A stretch of DNA of 25,237 bases from a virus. Taxonomy: Duplodnaviria; Caudoviricetes. The translations under genes were made by a program, and so were the position numbers. This document shows, one piece after another, positions 15,619 to 23,186 of this stretch (position 1 is the stretch's first letter; every line of letters starts with the position of its first letter). The DNA is taken from the IMG/VR virus record IMGVR_UViG_3300012942_000126, positions 1 through 25,237 of that record. One strand, 5' to 3'. The notes beneath the pieces are model-generated. The model ran no database searches and was not told the origin of the DNA. It saw only the letters and a program-made list of their open reading frames with translations.

Positions 15619-16106
15619 TGGGTAGGATCATCAAAAGCCCGGAAGCTCTGGACCCCAATGCGGATAATCCAATCTTCCTCGCAGGCGGCATCAGCAAATG
15701 CCCTGACTGGCAGGCTCCAGTAGCAGAGCGGATCAATCGTGAAACCAACGCTACCATCTATAACCCCCGCCGCGACGACTTTGATATGAATGCCTATGAG
15801 GATGTTTCAAAGGCTCAGATCAAATGGGAATACCACGCGCTCAGAATGAGCCAAGTGAATCTCTTTTGGTTCCCCTGTGAGACTCTTTGCCCAATCACGC
15901 TCTTCGAACTCGGTGGTGCCATCCATCGCCTTCATCCAGGTGGCTTAATGGTCGGAACCCATCCTGATTACGAGCGTCGCTTCGACATCATCGAGCAGAG
16001 CAAGTTAGCAGGTTCTCCAATTCGAGTCTTCGATAATCTGGATGAGCTAGTCAGCGAGACAATCATCCTACTCCGGAATATTGACCAACTTCTGAAAAAC
16101 GGTTGA
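15618..16106 (+). CDS. Nucleoside 2-deoxyribosyltransferase-like protein
   Basis: IFLAGGI...DWQ, YNPRR, QIKWE, FWFP....PITLFELG. Confidence 0.85.
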   Translation: MGRIIKSPEALDPNADNPIFLAGGISKCPDWQAPVAERINRETNATIYNPRRDDFDMNAYEDVSKAQIKWEYHALRMSQVNLFWFPCETLCPITLFELGGAIHRLHPGGLMVGTHPDYERRFDIIEQSKLAGSPIRVFDNLDELVSETIILLRNIDQLLKNG

Positions 16107-16143
16107 CTGTCGCCCTTTCACTGCTAGAACTGGTGGTGAAAGG
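16103..16143 (+). promoter_or_regulatory. Sigma70-like promoter inside an RBS-masking hairpin
   Basis: TTGACT-16 nt-TAGAAC. CCTTTCAC (16114-16121) pairs with GTGAAAGG (16136-16143). Confidence 0.65.
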
Positions 16144-16151
16144 AGGAGATC

Positions 16152-16808
16152 ATGGCTAACCCACCTAAATATCCATCAAGCCCTCATTGGCCCTGGTCTC
16201 CCCAGGTTCATAAGGATGACCGCTACCATCAAGATCCTGAGCGATTCCTTGGTGTCGAGGTAGGCATCTCCGAGAAACTGGATGGTGGTAATACCTGCCT
16301 GAATGTCGGTGAAGTCTATGCTCGTTCAACAGGCCAGCCCGCTACTCAGGGTTGGTTCGCTATGGTCAAAAAGCACCATGCTTGGCGAACCGTAGACATT
16401 GACCCTCGGATATCCATCTATGGCGAGGATCTCTACGGTATTCATTCCATTGAGTATGATGCCCTGAAGGAGGATGAAACCTACAGGGTCTTCAACATCC
16501 GCGAAGATGATGAATGGATGAGCCTTGATGAACGCACCCAATTTTGTAAGGCGCATGAGTTCCTCACTGTGCCCTTGCTTTACCGTGGAACGTTCAGCAG
16601 CATCAAAGAGATCACTCAGTGGTTTGAGCACCACATTAACCAACCTAGCTTGTTAGGCCCTCACAGGGAAGGTTTCGTGCTTCAACTGACTGAGCGATTT
16701 CATAATGACAATTTCGCTCACAATGTCGCAAAGTACGTTCGAAAGGGTCATGTACAAACTGACCAGCATTGGACTCGTAATTGGAAGCCCATTAACCTAT
16801 TGGGCTGA
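16152..16808 (+). CDS. RNA ligase family protein (adenylation domain)
   Basis: KYP..PH.PWS, EKLDGGN (motif I), YGE, FNI, EGFV, KYVR. Confidence 0.88.
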   Translation: MANPPKYPSSPHWPWSPQVHKDDRYHQDPERFLGVEVGISEKLDGGNTCLNVGEVYARSTGQPATQGWFAMVKKHHAWRTVDIDPRISIYGEDLYGIHSIEYDALKEDETYRVFNIREDDEWMSLDERTQFCKAHEFLTVPLLYRGTFSSIKEITQWFEHHINQPSLLGPHREGFVLQLTERFHNDNFAHNVAKYVRKGHVQTDQHWTRNWKPINLLG

Positions 16809-16835
16809 TCAGCTTCCAATAGAAGGGCGACATAC

Positions 16836-17366
16836 GTGAGTTTCAAAGAAGGCAAGTTCTATGCCATTCAGGGTAGAAACCAAAAGAATGAATGGGTCTA
16901 TGTAGAATCCACTAGTGGCCCAGCATCTCATGCGGCCCGCCTCAAGGCTATAGCCAAAAAGGCTGGTAGGCCGATGAGCAGACCAAATGTAGGTCATGGT
17001 TGGGATGACATGGATGACGACTATGATTACCAACCAAGCCTTGTGAAAGTATCCGAGAATCCGTTTGCGTTAAGAACGTTCTCAATAGACACTGACGTCA
17101 AACTCATCACCACTTTCATGAGGCTGATTCGGCAGGATTGTGGAAGTGTGGATATTGATCCAACCACCATCCGTTTGGTGATCATCGAAACAAACGTCAA
17201 CTCCTTCATTCCAGAAGAGCAAAGCGAGGATGAGATTGAACTTCGCAAGTTTGCTCTAGAGAAGCTCAGTGATGAGGAAAAGGAATTGCTGAAGGTCAAG
17301 CATTGGGACGTCTATCATAAACTAGGTGATCGCTCCATGCTACCTGATAATGATGAAGAAGCTTGA
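16836..17366 (+). CDS. Hypothetical protein
   Basis: 176 aa, GTG start, C-terminal ALEKLSDEEKELL. Confidence 0.75.
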   Translation: MSFKEGKFYAIQGRNQKNEWVYVESTSGPASHAARLKAIAKKAGRPMSRPNVGHGWDDMDDDYDYQPSLVKVSENPFALRTFSIDTDVKLITTFMRLIRQDCGSVDIDPTTIRLVIIETNVNSFIPEEQSEDEIELRKFALEKLSDEEKELLKVKHWDVYHKLGDRSMLPDNDEEA

Positions 17367-17370
17367 CGCT

Positions 17371-18450
17371 ATGGCAAAGCCGTCTATTCATACCCGGATG
17401 GCCAGAAAAGCACCAAGGACCAAAGTGGGCCCTATCCTTTCGGAACATACTCGCACCAATGCGAGTAATCCTACGACTATCAATCAGCTGGATGACGCAT
17501 TCAAAGCTCTGAAAAAGGCTGAAAATACCGCGGTCTCTGATAAGCCATTGGCGCCTCGAAAGCACATGCCAGCGATTACCCAGATTTACCGTCGCATGGG
17601 CGAAGCTTTGGAGATGTGCCCTTACGAGATCCAGGCCATCTTCGAGCATGAATTTGATACAGACAATGTGCTGATCAGAGAGACTCTGAAGAAGTTCCTC
17701 GCAACCATGAAGCTATCCGGCGAAGTGGATCTAACCCCCACTCGTAAGATGCTCAAGGATGTCGATGATCAGTATGAAAAACGGCTTACCGAATGGGAAA
17801 AACTGTGCGAACGAGCCGAAATTGCTAACGCGGATCGTGAAGAGTCAATACGTAAGGCAGAGAAGGATTTTGGCCAGGCTTGGGGAAGGATCATCATTGA
17901 TCTAATCCAGAAGGTCGACAAGAACTCAGACATCGAAAGCCTTGGTCGCATTGATAAGTGGATGATCAAAGCTCTAGCTGAGACTGATACTAAGGCTGCT
18001 AACATCGATAAGAATGGCCTTGTAAATCTGAACTTCCAAGCACTCAAGAAGATGAAGCCAGAAGTCATTGTTTCAATACCTGATCTTGCTCAACGCCTCT
18101 ATCAAGAGGATTATGAGATCCAGTATGTTAAGTGGCTCTGTAAAGCACCACTCAATGAAATCACAAGTGCTATGACTAGTTCATCCACCTCAGATGAGAG
18201 TGAGTTCTTCCATACCGTATTGATGGCCCGTAAAGGCCTCAAACCAATCAAAGACCAATGGAATAACTGGCAGTGGATTGAAGCAGGTGATGTTGAGCAG
18301 ATGGCAGATGATTTGATCAACGACCCCGAGACATCATGGTATGGAGATGGGTATCCACGTGACGTGATGAGGATGGTCAAATTGGATGCCAGTGATATCA
18401 TTCATTATGCCTATCGTGACTTTTGTGAATCCAAACGCCATCCATTCTAA
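17371..18450 (+). CDS. Hypothetical protein with coiled-coil region
   Basis: Long ORF. ATG 17371 lies just after the previous stop. Confidence 0.8.
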   Translation: MAKPSIHTRMARKAPRTKVGPILSEHTRTNASNPTTINQLDDAFKALKKAENTAVSDKPLAPRKHMPAITQIYRRMGEALEMCPYEIQAIFEHEFDTDNVLIRETLKKFLATMKLSGEVDLTPTRKMLKDVDDQYEKRLTEWEKLCERAEIANADREESIRKAEKDFGQAWGRIIIDLIQKVDKNSDIESLGRIDKWMIKALAETDTKAANIDKNGLVNLNFQALKKMKPEVIVSIPDLAQRLYQEDYEIQYVKWLCKAPLNEITSAMTSSSTSDESEFFHTVLMARKGLKPIKDQWNNWQWIEAGDVEQMADDLINDPETSWYGDGYPRDVMRMVKLDASDIIHYAYRDFCESKRHPF

Positions 18451-18516
18451 TATAGACTTCTCCTAAACCAATTCGCTACCCAACTTCAGAAGGCCAAATG
18501 CCTATTGGAGTTGAGT

Positions 18517-18867
18517 GTGTCAGAAGATGAAGAAATGGCCGCGCTTGAGCCCATCCTCGATGAGCTTCAGACGGCATCCTATAATAGCATTGTTCAAGTC
18601 ATCAACTACCTCTTGGAATACTATGAGGTAAAGCTGGATAGCCCGTATCTAGCAGTGAACCAGACTATCATCACCTTATGCGATATTATGGGTGATCTCC
18701 TTGTTGCTATTCCTGAAGAGGACCGTGACAACATCGAGTCAAAGGTTCGCGAACGTATTAGCTATCGCAGAACGATGACTGAATCAGAAGTCACGAATTC
18801 TGATGAAGACAGCGATCCTGAAGATCCAATGGATCTGGCCAACATGACCCCAAGGGGGAATTGCTGA
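18517..18867 (+). CDS. Acidic hypothetical protein
   Basis: GTG 18517 lies six nt after GGAG. Start uncertain. Confidence 0.7.
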   Translation: MSEDEEMAALEPILDELQTASYNSIVQVINYLLEYYEVKLDSPYLAVNQTIITLCDIMGDLLVAIPEEDRDNIESKVRERISYRRTMTESEVTNSDEDSDPEDPMDLANMTPRGNC

Positions 18868-19457
18868 TGGCCAAGTCTAAAAAGCTATTCAAGGTTCGCG
18901 ATAGGGTCACTGGTAAGTTCTGGAATGGTGACGTTCGGTGTACCGCTTTCAATGAAACTGGTCATACTTGGAAGAATAAATCAGGTGTTGAGGGTGCGTT
19001 ATCCTGGTTAATTAGGTATCGTAGCCAGTTCGGGGCTGATCTGCCTGAAGCTATTCCGGATAATTGGGAAATCGTCGAAGTTGAACTGAAGGAAGTCGAA
19101 ACCGGTGTCGCGGAAATTGCTACGTTGATGCGATACGTCAAGTTGAAAGAGGCTGCTGAAAAGGTTTGTAATAAAGCAGGCTACTTCATGGAAGTGATGA
19201 AGGCCAAAGGCGTCTTAGATGACATTGAATTCATCTTCAAATTGAAACCAAGTGAAGGTCTGAACTACGTAGACTTTGAAAGGACCAAAGAGGCTCGAGC
19301 ACATCTCCGTCAATTGGGAGTTAAGACTAGGACTTTTCGAGAATGTAACGGTGTTTTCGGTATGATGGATCGCCAACAGGCTTTGAAAGCTCGTCTAGTT
19401 CTTGATGCCGATAGCGTTATTGATCTAGGAGCATTGCGAACCAAATTGTTCGGCTAA
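18867..19457 (+). CDS. Hypothetical protein, paralog of 8905..9540
   Basis: TGATG coupling. FKVRDRVTGKF...GHTW. Confidence 0.8.
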   Translation: MAKSKKLFKVRDRVTGKFWNGDVRCTAFNETGHTWKNKSGVEGALSWLIRYRSQFGADLPEAIPDNWEIVEVELKEVETGVAEIATLMRYVKLKEAAEKVCNKAGYFMEVMKAKGVLDDIEFIFKLKPSEGLNYVDFERTKEARAHLRQLGVKTRTFRECNGVFGMMDRQQALKARLVLDADSVIDLGALRTKLFG

Positions 19458-19462
19458 CCTCA

Positions 19463-19535
19463 CCTTGTTGTCACCTTTCTGGTTGACAGACTCTACCCAG
19501 AGTATAGAACCAGGATATAGGTAGGCAACAAGGAG
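19463..19535 (+). promoter_or_regulatory. Sigma70-like promoter inside a long RBS-masking hairpin
   Basis: TTGACA-16 nt-TAGAAC (19483-19510). Nested pairs CCTTGTTG/CAACAAGG, ACCT/AGGT, CTGGTT/AACCAG, ACTCT/AGAGT. Confidence 0.7.
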
Positions 19536-19542
19536 ATCGAAC

Positions 19543-19899
19543 ATGGGTAGGACTACCCTCAAGGATTACGGACGCCATTCCGAGAAGCATGGCGACATTC
19601 CGTTCTATTACGGCTTCCCCTTCCGTTTCTGGTTCGCCGAGCACCAGGTGGCACCCGAGGACGTGGAGACCTGGTGTGTCGAGAACTGTGTCGGCTATTA
19701 CAAGACCGTTTCCTACACCCACAAATCGTCGGTGCGTCTCAAGGGCGGTCGTGGGTTCGATACCCATGTGGTATTCATCGACAAGATCTACCTCGCCGAT
19801 GAGATGGACGCAATGCGCCTCAAACTGCGTTTCGATGTGCGTGACGAGCAGGTCAAGCGGCCCGAGAAGCTGAAGCGCAAGCGGCGCCGGAAGGTCTAG
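19543..19899 (+). CDS. Hypothetical protein, GC-rich, basic C-terminus
   Basis: AAGGAG SD, own promoter and downstream hairpin. Ends KRKRRRKV. Confidence 0.8.
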   Translation: MGRTTLKDYGRHSEKHGDIPFYYGFPFRFWFAEHQVAPEDVETWCVENCVGYYKTVSYTHKSSVRLKGGRGFDTHVVFIDKIYLADEMDAMRLKLRFDVRDEQVKRPEKLKRKRRRKV

Positions 19900-19914
19900 A
19901 AGGCTTAAGACTAT

Positions 19915-19940
19915 TGAAGGGTGGGGAAACCCACCCTTCA
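19915..19940 (+). terminator. Hairpin, probable terminator
   Basis: TGAAGGGTGGG-GAAA-CCCACCCTTCA, 11-bp stem. No clear U-tract. Confidence 0.6.
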
Positions 19941-19985
19941 CCATGACTATTGACCCAATAGCGACTCACCAAGTAGTCTTTGCCT

Positions 19986-21023
19986 ATGGCGAAGATATTG
20001 ATTGGTTGGGAGATCGGAGGAGGTCAAGGTCATGGCGTTCGGATCCACAATCATAAAGAAGCGCTAGAGGCTCAAGGTCATCAGGTAGTTGTCTACCTCA
20101 AACTACCTCAATCAGCTATCCCCCAAGGCAAACAAGGCCCGTTCTGGCCTAGCCAATTACACAAAGCAATACCAACCCATTCGCTAGGTGACGTTCTAAT
20201 TGGAATGGGGATCACCATTCCAGGCCTATTCAAGTCAATTGTTGCTCAATGGGAAGCTATCCTAACCAGAGAGAACCCTGACATCATCGTAGCTGATTTC
20301 GCTCCTGCTCTTTTGACAGCATCAAGGAATCGCATACCCACCATCCTCATTGGCAATGGTTATGATTGCCCACCAAGTGATCTAGATTCCTATCCGTCTT
20401 TGACAGGGTGGGAACCCCTAAGTGAGCAAGAAGCCACGAAGATCATAGGTGTTGAACGGCTTCCTGAGATATTCCAGGCTGATCACGTGGTAGTTGGTGC
20501 TATTCCTTGGATCGACCCATATGAAAAGAGTCGAGTGGGTCAACACTTCCTGCCTATGGCTGAATCAGAATCCACCAAGCAGGGCAGAGAAGTTTTCATC
20601 TACACCCCACATGGTGTTCCGAAAACGCTTAGGACCTGCCTTGAGAAATCAGGTTTACCCCTATTCTACTCGAATGGTAAGACATACCCTTGGTCTGAGA
20701 TCGCAAGGAGATCCTGCTTAGTGGTATCACACGGTGGTTGTGGAACAGTAACTCAGGCAGCAATGGCTGGATTGCCTCAGATTGCGATCACAGGTGATCT
20801 GGAGAAACTGAATTATGGTCGTCAGATCAAAGAGCGGCAGTTAGGTGATTGGTTCATAACACCCCAATTCAAAGAGGACCAATTCATCAAGAGTTTGAAG
20901 ATGCTCTATGGGGACCAAACCTACTTGGATCGGGCCAAAGAGGAGGCGATGAATCTGAGAGATCAGATGGGCGATTCGCCTATTGAGCGCGTCAAAGAGA
21001 TTGTAATTCACCTGGGCTTCTGA
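19986..21023 (+). CDS. GT-B glycosyltransferase (GT1/GT28-like)
   Basis: WEIGGGQGH, PDIIVADFAP, VVSHGGCGTVTQAAMAGLPQI. Confidence 0.85.
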   Translation: MAKILIGWEIGGGQGHGVRIHNHKEALEAQGHQVVVYLKLPQSAIPQGKQGPFWPSQLHKAIPTHSLGDVLIGMGITIPGLFKSIVAQWEAILTRENPDIIVADFAPALLTASRNRIPTILIGNGYDCPPSDLDSYPSLTGWEPLSEQEATKIIGVERLPEIFQADHVVVGAIPWIDPYEKSRVGQHFLPMAESESTKQGREVFIYTPHGVPKTLRTCLEKSGLPLFYSNGKTYPWSEIARRSCLVVSHGGCGTVTQAAMAGLPQIAITGDLEKLNYGRQIKERQLGDWFITPQFKEDQFIKSLKMLYGDQTYLDRAKEEAMNLRDQMGDSPIERVKEIVIHLGF

Positions 21024-21041
21024 ATGACCTTAATCTAAATA

Positions 21042-21071
21042 TTGACCCAACCGGTCGTTACACCGTAAGAT
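21042..21071 (+). promoter_or_regulatory. Sigma70-like promoter
   Basis: TTGACC-18 nt-TAAGAT. Confidence 0.55.
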
Positions 21072-21107
21072 CAATCTACCAATTGAACAGAAGAAAGGAA
21101 ATTGTTC

Positions 21108-21620
21108 ATGAAGGCAATCGTTCTGGCCGCAGTGGCGGCATTCGTCGCTGCGACTGCTCCTGTGGCTGCCCAGGCACAGGATTTCACCGGCGCCCGTGTG
21201 GGCGTAACTGGTGGTTATGATGACATCCAGAGCCGTGAAGGCTTCAACTACGGCGTTGTAGTTGGTGTGGATGCTCCAATCATTAAGGGCGTTACTCTGG
21301 GCGCTGAAGCAACCCTCGAGGATTCAACCACTGATACTGCTGGCCTAGATGTCAGCCGCGATCTTGGTATGAACCTGCGCGCTGGTGTTGCGGTTCTTCC
21401 GAAGGTTCAGCTCTTCGGTAAGGTCGGTTATGCTTCGACCCGTTTTGACCTGGCTGGCAACAACGGCCACGTCAACTTCGAAGGTCTGCGTTACGGCGGT
21501 GGCGTCGAGTATGCTGTCTCGAAGCACCTCTACACCACTCTCGAGTATCGTCGTTCCGAATACGAGGATAACGTCGGTGGTCGTGATGGCGTCCTAGCTG
21601 GTGTGGGTTTCCGTTTCTGA
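21108..21620 (+). CDS. Small outer-membrane beta-barrel protein (Omp25/OmpA-membrane-domain-like)
   Basis: Ala-rich signal peptide ending AQA, QDFTGARVG, alternating beta-strands, GLRYGGGVEY, C-terminal GVGFRF BAM signal. Confidence 0.9.
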   Translation: MKAIVLAAVAAFVAATAPVAAQAQDFTGARVGVTGGYDDIQSREGFNYGVVVGVDAPIIKGVTLGAEATLEDSTTDTAGLDVSRDLGMNLRAGVAVLPKVQLFGKVGYASTRFDLAGNNGHVNFEGLRYGGGVEYAVSKHLYTTLEYRRSEYEDNVGGRDGVLAGVGFRF

Positions 21621-21643
21621 TCCAATAGAAAACGGAAAGCAAG

Positions 21644-21673
21644 AGAGTGGGGTAGAGATACCCCACTCTTTCT
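21644..21673 (+). terminator. Intrinsic terminator
   Basis: AGAGTGGGGTA-GAGA-TACCCCACTCT followed by TTCT. Confidence 0.75.
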
Positions 21674-21720
21674 GTATCTGAATATTGCGTCATCAAAGAA
21701 CGCCTTGCTAGTGAACGTCT

Positions 21721-22275
21721 ATGCTAACCTTACTCCTATTAGCTCTAGCCCTTAGTAGCGATGCCTTTGCGGTGGCCATAGCTAGAGGTGTGAGTTCCAC
21801 TCATTCTTGGCGACACGCGATAACAATCGGATTGGTCTTTGCTTTCTTCGAAGGTACCATGACAATCATTGGTTGGTATCTAGGCATTTTCGCTCACCAG
21901 GCTTTTGATGAATGGGGCCGATATGTTGTCGTTGCTCTCTTGGTCCTAATGGGCGTTAAGATGATCAGAGATGCTCTCAAACATGAGGATGAGCCAATGC
22001 TGATCAGTAGAGAAAGTGGCCCTCTAATGGCCCTTGTAGGGCTTTGCTGTTCGGGTTTTGCTATTAGTCTAGATGCGGCTGCGTGTGGTGTGGCACTTCC
22101 CCTGTTAGGCTTTTCACTCCTCTATAGCGCCCTCATCATAGGCGGTATGACTCTGCTACTCAGTAGTCTAGGATATTACGCAGGAGGGCGCATAGGGCAA
22201 AATTGGGGCAAGAGAGCCGAGGTAGTAGGAGGTATCATTCTAATACTGCTGAGCCTAAAGGTCATCTGTATCTGA
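21721..22275 (+). CDS. mntP: Manganese efflux pump MntP family
   Basis: Twin motifs ALSSDAFAVAI..G and AISLDAAACG. C-terminal GKRAEVVGGIILI. About six hydrophobic segments. Confidence 0.9.
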   Translation: MLTLLLLALALSSDAFAVAIARGVSSTHSWRHAITIGLVFAFFEGTMTIIGWYLGIFAHQAFDEWGRYVVVALLVLMGVKMIRDALKHEDEPMLISRESGPLMALVGLCCSGFAISLDAAACGVALPLLGFSLLYSALIIGGMTLLLSSLGYYAGGRIGQNWGKRAEVVGGIILILLSLKVICI

Positions 22276-22327
22276 CCTTGACCTTTGGGCCAATTCTACC
22301 TAGGTAGATCGATGAAGGAGATCACTG

Positions 22328-22690
22328 ATGTTTAAGAATACCGAGAAGGCTTTCGCAGATCTAGCCGGTGCCGTTACTCAAGATACCGCGACATTCACAA
22401 AGGCCGCTAAGGATATGGTCGTTCCAGCTATTGCTGAATTCTTCGGCAGGTTGGCGCATCATGCCAACAAAATCAAGGAAGGCGTCGAGAACGGTGAGTT
22501 CTTCCAGATGGATGCCAACGATGAAGCCAAGAGCCATGATGGCGGCACGTTTGCTGATCCGCTGCCCACTAAGGAGCAGAATGCTGCTATTCACGCCTTG
22601 CGTGTAATCGGCAAGACTGATGAAGAAATCGCTGAGTCACTCAACGTGTCAGTACTCACGGTCAAGATGGCCTGGCCAAGCGAGGCCTAA
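22328..22690 (+). CDS. Protein with C-terminal helix-turn-helix
   Basis: GKTDEEIAESLNVSVLTVK. AAGGAG SD. TTGACC-17 nt-TAGGTA upstream. Confidence 0.7.
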   Translation: MFKNTEKAFADLAGAVTQDTATFTKAAKDMVVPAIAEFFGRLAHHANKIKEGVENGEFFQMDANDEAKSHDGGTFADPLPTKEQNAAIHALRVIGKTDEEIAESLNVSVLTVKMAWPSEA

Positions 22691-22711
22691 GAGACCAGTT
22701 ACAATATAGAC

Positions 22712-22754
22712 AACGAGCTTCATGTGGTAATACCAGAACCACATGAAGCTCGTT
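22712..22754 (+). promoter_or_regulatory. Perfect 17-bp inverted repeat covering the start codon at 22743
   Basis: AACGAGCTTCATGTGGT-9 nt-ACCACATGAAGCTCGTT. Confidence 0.7.
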
Positions 22755-23186
22755 CTATGTAAGCCAATCCATTATCCTGGTGATGAAGGCCATTGCCTTA
22801 AGGTAGTGAGAGCCTCTACACAAAGAGGCCACAAGAAGTATTGGGCCAGAGGCCCAAGCTCTGGTTTCTGGACCTCCGTTCATCTTTCAAACAAACCGAA
22901 CGGTAGGGGAATGACATCATTGCTTTGGCAGGGTGATGATAATCAATTCCTGATCTTCAAGCTAAAAGAACCTACTGGTATAGTTCAGGATATCATAGAC
23001 ATAGATACCAATTGCGAATTATGGATAGCCCTTAAGCATCTAGATCAGGCGTATTCATATGCGTGGGATGCTTACCTAGACCAACGGATATCTAGGTCTG
23101 ATTGTGAAGCCTTACAGAAGGCTATGCGACCTATGATGATTCAGGGCATGATGGCCTTCCTAAGGCAGCGGAATATCACATTATGA
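22743..23186 (+). CDS. Hypothetical protein
   Basis: 147-aa ORF, ATGA-coupled to the next gene. Confidence 0.65.
   Translation: MKLVLCKPIHYPGDEGHCLKVVRASTQRGHKKYWARGPSSGFWTSVHLSNKPNGRGMTSLLWQGDDNQFLIFKLKEPTGIVQDIIDIDTNCELWIALKHLDQAYSYAWDAYLDQRISRSDCEALQKAMRPMMIQGMMAFLRQRNITL

Noticed and set aside
19471-19944. 157-aa minus-strand ORF
   Set aside because: Shadow of the GC-rich plus-strand gene, which has a promoter, SD and downstream hairpin.
108-22308. Recurring CTAGGTA in short palindromes (108-125, 3976-3991, 22295-22308) as a shared operator
   Set aside because: The motif is short, spacing differs between copies, and CTAG is frequent here, so it cannot be separated from chance.
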